Origin: Akkermansiaceae bacterium
Lineage (GTDB): Bacteria > Verrucomicrobiota > Verrucomicrobiia > Verrucomicrobiales > Akkermansiaceae
Direction of reading: 5' to 3'
Assembly: GCA_029866215.1 (NCBI GenBank)
Contig: JARWZU010000061.1
Location: forward strand, 44,337-108,336
DNA length: 64,000 nt
The notes beneath the pieces are model-generated. The model did no database searches and was not told the origin of the DNA. It saw nothing but the letters and a program-made list of their open reading frames with translations. Made by a program: the position numbers and the translations under genes. Positions 40,919 to 50,613 of this stretch are shown one piece after another; the stretch's first letter is position 1; each line of letters begins with the position of its first letter.

Positions 40919-41704
40919 ATGGACGCCAATTCACTGCTACCTCCGGCCGACGCTTCCGTCTCCGTGCAACACTTGGATTTTAGCTACGGTTCTTCGCTCG
41001 CACTGAAAAACATCGAGCTAGAAATCCCAGCCCACAAGGTCACGGCTTTCATCGGCCCCTCCGGCTGCGGAAAGTCAACATTGCTGCGTTGCATCAACCG
41101 AATGAATGATGAAATCCCGGGCGCAACGATCACCCGCGGTGGCATCCATATCGACGGTGTGGATATCTATCAACCCTCGATCGACGTCGTAAAACTCCGC
41201 AGGGAAGTCGGCATGGTGTTCCAAAAATCTAACCCATTTCCCCGTAGCATCTACGAAAATGTCGCCTACGGCCTCCGCCTTCGTGGTGTGCGTAATAAGG
41301 CATCGCTCGATGCCGCAGTGGAAGAAGCACTAGTGGCATCAGCTCTATGGGATGAGGTCAAGGATCGCCTAACCGAGTCAGCTCTCGGTCTCTCCGGCGG
41401 CCAACAACAACGGCTCTGCATCGCACGCACCATCGCCGTAAAACCGAAGGTCATCCTCATGGATGAACCTTGCAGCGCTCTCGACCCGATCGCCACCGCC
41501 AAGGTGGAAAATCTAATATGGGATCTGAAAAACGATTATACCATCATCATCGTCACTCATAACATGCAGCAAGCATCTCGGGTTTCCGACAATACTGCTT
41601 TCTTTTACATGGGAGAACTCATAGAGTATTCTGATACTGCGCAAATCTTTCGAAATCCGAGTGTCAGAAAAACCGAGGAATACATCAGCGGCAGGTTCGG
41701 CTAA
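40919..41704 (+). CDS. pstB: Phosphate ABC ATPase (copy 2)
   Basis: [41 protein letters not shown]. Confidence 0.95.
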   Translation: MDANSLLPPADASVSVQHLDFSYGSSLALKNIELEIPAHKVTAFIGPSGCGKSTLLRCINRMNDEIPGATITRGGIHIDGVDIYQPSIDVVKLRREVGMVFQKSNPFPRSIYENVAYGLRLRGVRNKASLDAAVEEALVASALWDEVKDRLTESALGLSGGQQQRLCIARTIAVKPKVILMDEPCSALDPIATAKVENLIWDLKNDYTIIIVTHNMQQASRVSDNTAFFYMGELIEYSDTAQIFRNPSVRKTEEYISGRFG

Positions 41705-41735
41705 TACGACCTCAATCTCACCCCTACCCACATCC

Positions 41736-42458
41736 ATGACGAGTCATCACATTCTCCGAGAGTTCGATAAAGGAATGATATCCCTTAAGGCCGACGTCCT
41801 ACTGATGGCGAGCCTTGCGAGGCAAAACCTCGAGCGGGCGATGCGTTCATTGCTCGAGCGCGATATCGATCTGGCTCGCTCAGTCATTGCCGACGACTCG
41901 GATGTCGATGACCTCGAGCGGAAAATCGACCAAACAGGGATCGACATCATGGTACGCTTCCATCCAGTCGCTTCCGACCTCCGCCTCGTCATCACCTCGA
42001 TGAAAATGGCACACAACCTTGAGCGGGTCTCTGACCACGCGGTCAACATTGCCAAGCGGTCGAAAAAAATCTGCAAGTCGTTACCGTTAGACGAAGTCGG
42101 CCTCGCGGAACCGCTTTATTCATTGGCTGGCAAACTTCTCCGGGACGCACTGATGGCCTACACCGATGCCAATGCGGAACTTGGCGAGGGACTCAAGGTC
42201 CGTGACAGGGAACTCGACCGCATGCATAAGCAAATGATTGCCACATTGAGCGGCCGTCTCGAAACTTCACCCGGTCGCTCCGAAAACCTGCTTCACTTGA
42301 TCTTCGTCGCCCGCTCGATCGAGCGGATTGGCGACCTCGCGGTGAACATGGGCGAGGACTCCGTCTACCTCGGTGATGCTCGCGACATCCGCCACGAACA
42401 CTCGAAAGCAAGCACCCCAGCACCACAGGGCAGCAGCGAGTCAGACGCGCTTGCTTGA
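41736..42458 (+). CDS. phoU: Phosphate transport regulator
   Basis: PVASDLR, NLERVSDHAVNIA, IERIGDLAVN; start 41736 inferred. Confidence 0.93.
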   Translation: MTSHHILREFDKGMISLKADVLLMASLARQNLERAMRSLLERDIDLARSVIADDSDVDDLERKIDQTGIDIMVRFHPVASDLRLVITSMKMAHNLERVSDHAVNIAKRSKKICKSLPLDEVGLAEPLYSLAGKLLRDALMAYTDANAELGEGLKVRDRELDRMHKQMIATLSGRLETSPGRSENLLHLIFVARSIERIGDLAVNMGEDSVYLGDARDIRHEHSKASTPAPQGSSESDALA

Positions 42459-42482
42459 ATCCGCGCCCGACGCATCTTTGAA

Positions 42483-43361
42483 ATGGACAAAACTTGGGAA
42501 AGCGAACCTGCCATCGGCATCATTGGTGGCAGCGGCCTCTATCAGATCGAGGGCTTTGAGGAAATCACCGAACAAGCGGTCACCACTCCATTCGGTGACC
42601 CATCGGACAAAATCATTATGGGGCGCATCGCAGGCCGCCGCGTTTGTTTTTTACCCCGCCACGGGGTGGGACACCGCCTGCTGCCTCATGAAATCAACCA
42701 TCAAGCAAACATCTGGGCACTCCGCTCACTTGGCGTCCGCTGGGTGATTTCCGTGACTGCCGTGGGTAGCCTGCGGGAGGAATTTGGACCAAGGGACATT
42801 GTGATCCCACACCAACTCCTCGACCGCACCGCCACCGCAGCGAAGCACACATTCTTCGGCAATGGCATCGCCGCACACGTGGGATTTGCCGATCCCTACT
42901 GCGAAAAGTTACGCACCAACCTGTTAGACGCAGCACGCTCTCTCGCGCCGACCGTTCATGAGGCTGGCACCTACCTCTGCATGAATGGCCCCGCCTTTTC
43001 CACCCGGGCAGAGGCAGCATTCCACCGCCAAAATGGCGCGGACATCATCGGCATGACCAACGGCCCCGAGGCCAGACTCTGCCGCGAGGCCGAAATCGCC
43101 GCCGCCACCCTTGCCCTCATCACCGATTACGATTGCTGGAAACCGGATGAAGCCGCCGTGGAGGTCGAAACCGTGCTCGAGAATCTCCACGCCAATAGCG
43201 CGATGGCCAAGCGAATCATCCAAGCGATCATCACCCGCATTCCAGTGCAGCCAGAATCGGTATGCCATTGCGCCCTCGATAGCGCAATCTTCACTCCGCG
43301 TGAGCTTTGGCCCGCCAAGACCGCTCAAGACCTCGCGCCCATCCTCGGGCGTTTCGGATAA
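42483..43361 (+). CDS. mtnP: S-methyl-5'-thioadenosine phosphorylase
   Basis: GIIGGSG, RHGVGH, NIWAL, GPAFSTRAE, GMT, TDYDCW. Confidence 0.93.
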   Translation: MDKTWESEPAIGIIGGSGLYQIEGFEEITEQAVTTPFGDPSDKIIMGRIAGRRVCFLPRHGVGHRLLPHEINHQANIWALRSLGVRWVISVTAVGSLREEFGPRDIVIPHQLLDRTATAAKHTFFGNGIAAHVGFADPYCEKLRTNLLDAARSLAPTVHEAGTYLCMNGPAFSTRAEAAFHRQNGADIIGMTNGPEARLCREAEIAAATLALITDYDCWKPDEAAVEVETVLENLHANSAMAKRIIQAIITRIPVQPESVCHCALDSAIFTPRELWPAKTAQDLAPILGRFG

Positions 43362-43475
43362 CTTTACCGAGGATTCTCCCCGACCCTTCGAGAATTCCAC
43401 CCCCTGAGCGACCGCTTGGGATTGACCCGACCGGATCGCGGGCTTAGTCAGTGGCAGCAGCACATTTCACACACC

Positions 43476-44594
43476 ATGGAACCCACAACCACAGCTTATG
43501 GAACCTGGAGCGGCGGACGCTTCATGCATTTTGGCGAAACCTTGTCGGAGGAACGCTTCATCGGCTGCATCGAAACGGCGTACGAATCCGGCATCCGTAC
43601 CTTCGTAACCTCCGATGTCTATGGAAATGGAAAAGCCGATGAGCTGCTAGGCGTCGCTCTCAAGGGCGTAGACCGTGCAACTTACAGTCTGGTCGGCATG
43701 ATCGGGCACGATTTCTACGAAGGCCAGCGCCAAGGAAGCAAGGGTTACCCACGCTTCACCGACCCCGAACTTCGTGAACCCGCAGGCTACGCGGATTTTA
43801 TCCAAATGGCCTGCACCAAGGAGCTTGAACGTTGTGGCACCGATCGCTTTGACCTATTGATGCTCCACAACCCAGACCAACTCGGGTACACCAGCGAGCC
43901 GCTCTGGCAGGCACTCCAAGCCGCCAAAGAACAAGGCCTAACCGACCGCCTCGGCATCGCCCCCGGCCCCGCCAACGGATTCTCACTCGACTTGATCGGC
44001 TGCTTCGAAAAATTCGGTCACCTCATCGATTGGTCGATGCTGATCCTGAATCCATTAGAACCTTGGCCCGTCGGACTGACGCTGCCGCTTTGTGAGAAAT
44101 TCGGAGTCAAGGTGATGACCCGCGTCGTTGATTACGGCGGAGTCTTCCACGATGACATCGGCGGGCCCGAGCACAGCTTCAAGCCCGGCGACCACCGGAC
44201 GTATCGCCCCGAAGGCTGGGTCCAACACGGCATGGAGAAGGCCAACCGCATGAGACCGCTTGCGGAAAAATACGGCCTCAACCTCATTCAGTTCGCCTCC
44301 ATCTGGAATCTCAGCCACCCGTCGGTCGAAAGCGTGGTGCCCACCTTCATCCAAGAAGCCGGCGAGGGCGCGCGAAAAATCGAAGATAAGATACGCGAGT
44401 TCGGCCAACTGCCCGACATTCGATTCACCGCCGATGAGGTGGAATCAATCCGCCAAATCGGCGACAACACCGGCTGCATGACCTTGAAAGGTGCCAGCAA
44501 ACGCCACGAAACAAGCGAACGCCCAGACGAATGGCCGATGCGCGACGACCTGCTAGAACTCGCAGGTCGCCACGGGCTTGGCCTGAATTGGTGA
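43476..44594 (+). CDS. Aldo/keto reductase-fold protein with a non-canonical active site
   Basis: YGTW, GIRTFVTSDVYG, CGTDRFDLLMLHNPD, GIAPGP; start 43476 inferred. Confidence 0.8.
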   Translation: MEPTTTAYGTWSGGRFMHFGETLSEERFIGCIETAYESGIRTFVTSDVYGNGKADELLGVALKGVDRATYSLVGMIGHDFYEGQRQGSKGYPRFTDPELREPAGYADFIQMACTKELERCGTDRFDLLMLHNPDQLGYTSEPLWQALQAAKEQGLTDRLGIAPGPANGFSLDLIGCFEKFGHLIDWSMLILNPLEPWPVGLTLPLCEKFGVKVMTRVVDYGGVFHDDIGGPEHSFKPGDHRTYRPEGWVQHGMEKANRMRPLAEKYGLNLIQFASIWNLSHPSVESVVPTFIQEAGEGARKIEDKIREFGQLPDIRFTADEVESIRQIGDNTGCMTLKGASKRHETSERPDEWPMRDDLLELAGRHGLGLNW

Positions 44595-44610
44595 TCGCCG
44601 CCTGACTGGC

Positions 44611-45573
44611 TCAGCCAACGATTTCCGCGACGAGCTTCTCCAGCTTCACAATGTCCGCCGAAAACGCGCGGATGCCGTGCGCGGTCTTTTCCGTCGCCAT
44701 GGCGTCTTCATTCATCATGAACCGGAAATCACTCTCGTTCAGCGTGATTTTCTCATGGTCACTCGCAGCCGCCTCGGCCGCCGTGAGTCGGGCTTGGACG
44801 GGCTCGTTCGACGCTTGAAGCTCCGCAAGCAGACCCGGACTGATCGTGAGCAAGTCGCAACCCGCCAACGCGAGAATCTCGCCTTTGTTGCGGAACGATG
44901 CCCCCATGACCTCGGTCTGATAGCCGAACTTCTTGTAGTAGTTGAAAATTCCACGGACTGAAATCACCCCCGGATCTTCGTCGCCCTGATAGTCTTGGCC
45001 CGTCGCCGCCTTGTGCCAGTCCAGAATCCGACCGACGAAGGGCGAAATCAATTGCACACCCGCCTCGGCACACGCGACCGCTTGAGCGAATGAAAATAGA
45101 AGAGTTAGGTTGCAGTGAATGCCCTCTTTCTCAAGTGCTTCAGCCGCCTTGATCCCCTCCCAAGTGGAGGCGATCTTGATCAAAATACGGCCACGCGAAT
45201 GTCCCTCCGCCTCGTACGCTGCGATGAGTTGGTGCGCCTTAGCGATGGTCGCAGCCGTATCAAACGAAAGCCGTGCATCCACCTCCGTCGAAACCCGACC
45301 CGGTACGATCTTGAGGATCTCCAAGCCAAACAAAATCAAGATGCGATCCAGAATCGACTCGGTGAGCGCCGCACCGGTCGCACCCGTTGCCTTCATTTCC
45401 GCCACAGCCTGCTCTACGAGGTGTCGGTACTCCGGTTTCGCAGCGGCCTGCAAGATCAGCGATGGATTGGTGGTCGCATCCTGTGGCCGATAGGTTTTCA
45501 TCGATTCGAAATCCCCAGTGTCGGCGACGACAGTCGTAAATTGTTTCAGTTGGTCGAGTTGATTCATGCTCAT
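44611..45573 (-). CDS. tal: Transaldolase
   Basis: [42 protein letters not shown]. Confidence 0.97.
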   Translation of the reverse strand: MSMNQLDQLKQFTTVVADTGDFESMKTYRPQDATTNPSLILQAAAKPEYRHLVEQAVAEMKATGATGAALTESILDRILILFGLEILKIVPGRVSTEVDARLSFDTAATIAKAHQLIAAYEAEGHSRGRILIKIASTWEGIKAAEALEKEGIHCNLTLLFSFAQAVACAEAGVQLISPFVGRILDWHKAATGQDYQGDEDPGVISVRGIFNYYKKFGYQTEVMGASFRNKGEILALAGCDLLTISPGLLAELQASNEPVQARLTAAEAAASDHEKITLNESDFRFMMNEDAMATEKTAHGIRAFSADIVKLEKLVAEIVG

Positions 45574-45647
45574 GAGCCTTCTAATGTAAGCAAGAGCTCA
45601 GCCCTTGAAAAGGCGAAAGCGGATCACCCCCAGCGCGGCGGACGGAT

Positions 45648-46289
45648 TTACGATTCCAAGTAGCCACTCAACGCCTCACGCAAGGTCGTGCGAGCTCGGA
45701 ACAACAAGCTCTTCACCGCAGAAACGGAAAGGTTGAGCACCTTGGCGATCTCTTCGTAGGGCAACTGCTCATAGCGCCGCAGAACGACCGCCATTCGTTG
45801 CGCTTCTGGCAACCCAGCGATCGCAGCATCCACCGCACGCTGCAACTCCACCTGCAACAACTCCGAATCTGGCTGTCGGTCAGAACTGGCGGCGATGAGT
45901 TGATTGGAATTCTCCTCAAGCTCGTTTGCAGAAACCTCTTTTTTCCGGCTGCGTCGACGGGTTTCATTAAACACCAGATTCCGCGTGATCGTATAAAGAT
46001 AGGTCGTGAATTTGGCGTCAGGCCGGTAGCGCTTCGCATTCCGCCAGATGCGCAGAAATACCTGCTGGGCGATGTCTTCCGCTTCGGAAGGATTCCCTAA
46101 CATTTTGGCCACAGTGCCGACCACCGCACCTTGGTGGCGCTCGACGAGCTCACGAAACGCCTCATGATCCCCCGCGCCGACACGCTCCATCAATTGAAAA
46201 TCAATGGTGGTGATGTCAGCAGCTTGACCGGTGAAATCGACCTCCATTTTCAGATCAAAAGATGTTGCTGCGACATTGGCGCTGGGCAT
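45648..46289 (-). CDS. ECF RNA polymerase sigma factor
   Basis: AEDIAQQVFLRIW, FTTYLYTITRN (region 2); LPEAQR...YEEIAKVL..SVSAVKSLLFRAR (region 4); start 46289 or 46247. Confidence 0.9.
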   Translation of the reverse strand: MPSANVAATSFDLKMEVDFTGQAADITTIDFQLMERVGAGDHEAFRELVERHQGAVVGTVAKMLGNPSEAEDIAQQVFLRIWRNAKRYRPDAKFTTYLYTITRNLVFNETRRRSRKKEVSANELEENSNQLIAASSDRQPDSELLQVELQRAVDAAIAGLPEAQRMAVVLRRYEQLPYEEIAKVLNLSVSAVKSLLFRARTTLREALSGYLES

Positions 46290-46368
46290 TGAAATTGAAA
46301 CCTCCGCTCGGCATTGAAGTTGCGCGCTAAATTCAACGCACCGGAGGAACTCCGTGCTCCGGCATCGC

Positions 46369-46767
46369 TCATTTGGTGTTTTTCGCCCATGCCTCCACTT
46401 CGTCGTCCAAAACCACTTGGTCCAGCGCATCGCGCGCCCAGTCTTCAGTTTTTGCCAACTGGTTGAGCATCCGCCATGCGACCACTTGGACCGCTGGGAA
46501 ATCGCTCCACACCATCTCAGCCAGGCACTGCCACCCTCGGCCAGCCAAGCGCTTGGGATGCTCAAGCACGTCGTGACACGCCTCGCTGAGCAATAAGGTA
46601 CGCTCCAAATCCGGAGCTCCCCCGACCGGTGGGACTTCATACGCCCTCAGAGGAACTCCCGCCGCTCCGGTCAATTCACATTTCGACTTCGCACGCCTCG
46701 CCAGATCCTTGCCGATCGCCTGCAAGGCCAGCGCGCGTGCTTGATGCGTGTCATATCCCTTTGCCAT
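46369..46767 (-). CDS. Protein resembling the N-terminal domain of long PhnA-family proteins
   Basis: RAKSKCEL, YEVPP, WQCLAEMVWSDFPAVQVVAWRML, WARDAL pattern; no C-terminal PhnA domain. Confidence 0.6.
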   Translation of the reverse strand: MAKGYDTHQARALALQAIGKDLARRAKSKCELTGAAGVPLRAYEVPPVGGAPDLERTLLLSEACHDVLEHPKRLAGRGWQCLAEMVWSDFPAVQVVAWRMLNQLAKTEDWARDALDQVVLDDEVEAWAKNTK

Positions 46768-46849
46768 GCCTCAAGCTATCATGCTCCATCGGCGGCTTGA
46801 AACCACGAATTTCGCCAGATCCACCAACTCACCCCGCCACCTGTCCACC

Positions 46850-46882
46850 AAAAAGCCGCTCCCAACTCGTGGAAGCGGCTTT
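46850..46882 (-). terminator. Intrinsic terminator after rpmA
   Basis: Minus strand aaagccgcttcc-loop-gggagcggcttttt. Confidence 0.75.
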
Positions 46883-46912
46883 CCAGCCAAAACAAATAAC
46901 AAAAAAACAAAA

Positions 46913-47173
46913 TCAGTTGGCAGCAGCCAACGATGGAACGACGTTCACGCGGCGTCCTTCCTTGTCGAAGAACACGCGTCCATCGACCAATGCAAAAAGT
47001 GTGTGATCACGTCCGCAACCCACCCCAAGACCAGGATGCACCTTCGTGCCGCGCTGACGGATGATGATGTTGCCAGCAACCACCGCTTGGCTGCCAAATT
47101 TTTTCACGCCGAGGCGCTTGCTGCGTGAGTCGCGACCGTTCTTGACGGAGCCTTGTCCTTTTTTATGGGCCAT
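46913..47173 (-). CDS. rpmA: 50S ribosomal protein L27
   Basis: [16 protein letters not shown]...GRDHTLFAL. Confidence 0.98.
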   Translation of the reverse strand: MAHKKGQGSVKNGRDSRSKRLGVKKFGSQAVVAGNIIIRQRGTKVHPGLGVGCGRDHTLFALVDGRVFFDKEGRRVNVVPSLAAAN

Positions 47174-47201
47174 GGAAGTAGGTAAGGTAAATGGTGTTGG
47201 A

Positions 47202-47513
47202 TTAGCCGGCGATCGATGTGATCTCAAGCGTGGTCATCGAGCGACGGAAGCCGATGGTCTTGTGGAAGCCCTTGCGGCGCTTGAACTTGAAAGCAACTCC
47301 CTTAGGTCCGCGGAATTGATTGATGACCTTGGCGGTAACCGAGGCTCCTTCAACCAACGGAGAACCGATCTTCACGGTTTCACCTTCGCCGACGAGCAAT
47401 GCGTCAAACTTGATTTCTGAATCGATTTCAAGGTCGAGCTTCTCGACATCGAATTTGTCGCCTTCTTGGATGCGGTATTGTTTACCGCCGGTTTTGATCA
47501 CTGCGTAGGCCAT
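47202..47513 (-). CDS. rplU: 50S ribosomal protein L21
   Basis: [15 protein letters not shown]...FKFKRRKG. Confidence 0.98.
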   Translation of the reverse strand: MAYAVIKTGGKQYRIQEGDKFDVEKLDLEIDSEIKFDALLVGEGETVKIGSPLVEGASVTAKVINQFRGPKGVAFKFKRRKGFHKTIGFRRSMTTLEITSIAG

Positions 47514-47693
47514 GGCCGTATGGGAAATAAAGTTAATCCACCCCTGTGGGCGGGCGGGAAGAACAGCAGGTCACCCATCCTTGCGCAAGGTTTTTTTATG
47601 AGGAATCTCAGATTTTCGGGGAAATCCCAATCAGCACGGACACCACGCGGGTAATCACGGCGTTGTCCGAGGCAAGGCAGCTTCTTAAAACAC

Positions 47694-48491
47694 TCAGCGC
47701 AAGGGCTCAGAATTCCGCTGGCGCTGGTCGAAAAGTAACGTTTCACGGTAGCCCGCAGCCTTCGCCAGTCCGATCGCTCGGGAAAAATCGCGGCCCACCT
47801 CGGTCGGCGCATGGGCATCCGAAGAAATGACCAGCCCGATCCCCGCCGAACAGGCGAGCTCCAAAAACCGAGGACTCGGATACGCCTCGGCGCAGGTTTT
47901 GTACCAACCCGCCGTGTTCAGCTCGATCGCGCTGCCAGACGCGGCGATCGCGTCAATCGCCGGCTCATAAAATCGATCCAAGTCACCCGGCGGGATGTGG
48001 GCGAACTTTTTCACCAAGTCGGGGTGCGCAAGAATGTCAAAAAGCCCGCTGTCAGCCATGCTCGCATAGGCTTTCCAGTAGCGTGTCCAAACCGCGTCGA
48101 CGTCGCTTTCCGCCCAGCGCCCCAGCCATTTCGGATGATCGAAGTCCCAATCTCCGAGGTAGTGCACCGACCCGATGAGGTAGTCCCACGAGTGACGCCC
48201 TGCCAGATCGACGATCCAGGATTCGGCGCCCTCGAGCCAATCGCACTCCAACCCAGCCCGCACCGGAATCCTCCCCGCGGCGTGGGCACGCGCGCGCTCG
48301 ATCCACTGAAAATAGCTGGGCAATTCCGCCACCGTCATCCGCCAATCGTCAAAGGGCTCGGGAACATGCGGGGCGTGATCCGAAATCCCATACTCGCTGA
48401 GCCCAGCCGCGATCGCAGCATCGATGAAGCCCTCCGGCTCGCCCTCAGCGTGACGACAAAGTGGAGTGTGGGTGTGATAGTCAGCAGGCAC
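47694..48491 (-). CDS. PHP-family histidinol-phosphatase (HisJ/HisK type)
   Basis: DYHTHT, GISDH, GLECD, IGSVHY, LAHPD, ELNT, ISSDAH; GTG 48491 inferred. Confidence 0.88.
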   Translation of the reverse strand: MPADYHTHTPLCRHAEGEPEGFIDAAIAAGLSEYGISDHAPHVPEPFDDWRMTVAELPSYFQWIERARAHAAGRIPVRAGLECDWLEGAESWIVDLAGRHSWDYLIGSVHYLGDWDFDHPKWLGRWAESDVDAVWTRYWKAYASMADSGLFDILAHPDLVKKFAHIPPGDLDRFYEPAIDAIAASGSAIELNTAGWYKTCAEAYPSPRFLELACSAGIGLVISSDAHAPTEVGRDFSRAIGLAKAAGYRETLLFDQRQRNSEPLR

Positions 48492-48574
48492 TTGCGGATT
48501 TGGGAATGAATCGGATTGAAACGACACAACAAACCACCATAGAGTCGGCCAACGCTGCAAGCCCTAGAAATCCG

Positions 48575-49648
48575 ATGATTCAAAATTCCACAGAGCCAGC
48601 CCCAGGCAATCCGGTAACTCATTACCTTCTAGAACAACTTCGCCGCCACCCCAAGCGGGTCGTTTTCACGGAAGGTGAGGACATCCGCGTGATTCGTGCA
48701 GCCGCGCGCTTGGTGGAAGAGGAGGCAGTCGCTCCCATCCTGCTGGGCAATCGCGCACGCATTCAAGCACTCGCCCTGAGCGAAGCGGTCTCGCTCAAAT
48801 TCATTCACATCATCGATCCCCCCCACGCCTCGGACTTCGGGCTATTTTGCCAGCGCGTCCAGAACATGGCACGCTACCGGTCCCTGCAAATCGGCGACCC
48901 CGCAGAAATTGTCAGCCGCCCGCATTATTTCGGCGCACTCATGGTGCAATACGGCCAAGCCGATGCCATCGTCGGGGGCAACCAAGAGCTCCCCGCCTCC
49001 TATTTCCGCGCACTGCTTCACACCATCAAGCCGATGCCCGAAGTCCCCAAGATTTTCGGCGTCTCAATCCTAACAGGTCAGCACCTCCAGCACCTCGGCG
49101 GCAGCGGCATCCTCTTCTTGGCGGATTCCGCGCTCAATCCCAATCCCGACGTGATGGAACTGGCTGCAATCGCCGTAGAAACCGGCAAGCTGGCACGCCA
49201 CTTCCTCGGGCGGAAAGCCTATGTCGCGATGTTGAGCCACTCGACCAAGAGCTCCGCCACTACGCCAGACGCACAACGCATGGTGGCCGCCACTGCACTG
49301 GCTCAAGATCATGTGCTGCGCGACTTCATTGACATCAGCGTCGAGGGCGAACTCCAAGCCGATGTCGCACTCGACCCCGTTGCCGCAGAAACAAAACTCC
49401 CCGGTGCAGAAGCCCGGCCAACCGCCGACGTCCTCGTCTTCCCCAATCTCGACGCCGCCCACATTTCGCTGAAATTGCTCCAGCACGTTGCTGGTGCGCA
49501 GAGCTACGGCCAGCTCATCCTCGGGCTCTCCCGCCCCGCGGCCCAAGTACCGAGAACCGCCAGCGTGGAAACCATCTTCGGCACCGCTGCCGCAGTCGCA
49601 GTGGAAGCGATCAAGTTCCACCAACTTTACCCCGAGGGCGAAATCTAA
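48575..49648 (+). CDS. pta: Phosphate acetyltransferase-family protein with a divergent active site
   Basis: VVFTEGED, VAMLSHST, EGELQADVAL, LVFPNLDAA; start 48575 inferred. Confidence 0.8.
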   Translation: MIQNSTEPAPGNPVTHYLLEQLRRHPKRVVFTEGEDIRVIRAAARLVEEEAVAPILLGNRARIQALALSEAVSLKFIHIIDPPHASDFGLFCQRVQNMARYRSLQIGDPAEIVSRPHYFGALMVQYGQADAIVGGNQELPASYFRALLHTIKPMPEVPKIFGVSILTGQHLQHLGGSGILFLADSALNPNPDVMELAAIAVETGKLARHFLGRKAYVAMLSHSTKSSATTPDAQRMVAATALAQDHVLRDFIDISVEGELQADVALDPVAAETKLPGAEARPTADVLVFPNLDAAHISLKLLQHVAGAQSYGQLILGLSRPAAQVPRTASVETIFGTAAAVAVEAIKFHQLYPEGEI

Positions 49649-49711
49649 CACTTCACCTCCGCCCTCCGAAACCCCCTCTTCATTTCACCCGTGACTCATC
49701 CGGTCCGTTCT

Positions 49712-49743
49712 CCTCCCGCGTTCATTCGCGGGAGGGCTTTTTT
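49712..49743 (+). terminator. Intrinsic terminator after pta
   Basis: cctcccgcg-ttcatt-cgcgggagg then gctttttt. Confidence 0.75.
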
Positions 49744-49785
49744 GTCTTCCTCACCCGGCTCTGATCGTTAGTCTTTGGCCACTTG

Positions 49786-50085
49786 ATGCCTGCCCGTTCC
49801 AAAGCCGCCCCCAAGCCCGAGAAGAACAAGTCCCTCGAACAATGGATCTGGGATGCCGCCTGCTCCATCCGTGGCGCGAAGGACGCGCCGAAATACAAGG
49901 ACTTCATCCTCCCGCTGATCTTTACCAAGCGCCTCTGCGATGTCTTCGATGACGAGCTGAACCGCATCGCCGCCGAGGTCGGGTCGCGGAAAAATGCGTT
50001 CCAACTCGCCAAGCGCGATCACAAGCTCGTCCGCTTCTTCCTGCCGCTGGAGCCCGCCGATCCCGAGCAGCCGGTCTGGTCCGTC
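49786..50085 (+). pseudogene. hsdM: Type I restriction-modification methyltransferase, N-terminal fragment
   Basis: SLEQWIWDAACSIRG...YKDFILPLIFTKRLCDVFD HsdM_N motif; homology and GC stop abruptly after PVWSV; no methyltransferase motifs follow. Confidence 0.85.
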
Positions 50086-50242
50086 AACCTAAAAGTTCCA
50101 TATTTGGTAAATTGATTAAAACTTTATTCCACTAAAGGTAAATACAACCAAGCTCGAGATCTTCCAACCGTTTGATTATCAGCGCGCTGCGGACCGAGCC
50201 GCCTGCGCCGAGCCGCTTCCGAAATTCTCTGTGCAGGGGGCG

Positions 50243-50424
50243 TGTAACGCGATGTAAGGGTGCCTGTACATCATGTTCGGGTGCTTGTGCGCGATGTAAA
50301 ATTGCCCGTACACGATGTTCGGGTGCTTGTGCACGATGTAAAATTGCCCGTACACGATGTTCGGGTGCTTGTGCACGATGTAAAATTGCCCGTGCACGAT
50401 GTAATGCCACCCGTGCGCGACGGG
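50243..50424. repeat. 21-bp minisatellite (about 8.5 units) with 42-bp A/B higher-order structure
   Basis: gatgt anchors at 50251, 50272, 50293, 50314, 50335, 50356, 50377, 50398; A = gatgtaaaattgcccgtacac, B = gatgttcgggtgcttgtgcac. Confidence 0.95.
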
Positions 50425-50430
50425 CGTGTG

Positions 50431-50556
50431 GGCGTGACGGTGATGAACAGGCACCTCAAAAACATCTTTGAATCCGGAGAATTCGAGGAGGCGGCAACTG
50501 TTTCTAAGATAGCAATAGTTCGATCCGAAGGTGGCCGTGAGGCGCGACGCGAGGTG
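50431..50556 (+). pseudogene. rhuM: RhuM-family protein internal fragment
   Basis: NRHLKNIFESGEFEEAATVSKIAIVRSEGGREARREV matches the RhuM core (HLKNIF.SGEL.E.AT..KF.IV..EG.R.V.REV); the following YNLD motif is missing. Confidence 0.75.
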
Positions 50557-50613
50557 GTGGCACGGAGCTTTATGGAATCAAGTGGTCTCCGTTTCGCGGA
50601 ATCACCTAAGGTT

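Noticed and set aside
46290-46640. N-terminal extension of the ECF sigma ORF to 46640
   Set aside because: Overlaps the PhnA-like gene in another frame; sigma homology begins after 46289
47514-47640. L21 leader RNA
   Set aside because: Only a weak 4-bp hairpin is seen; cannot be supported without a covariance model
50088-50130. dif-like or att site at the hsdM breakpoint
   Set aside because: Best XerD-arm match is only about 6/11 to TTATGTTAAAT; no integrase or matching direct repeat seen
50243-50424. CRISPR array
   Set aside because: Units are contiguous with no unique spacers, and no cas genes are in the window; it is a minisatellite
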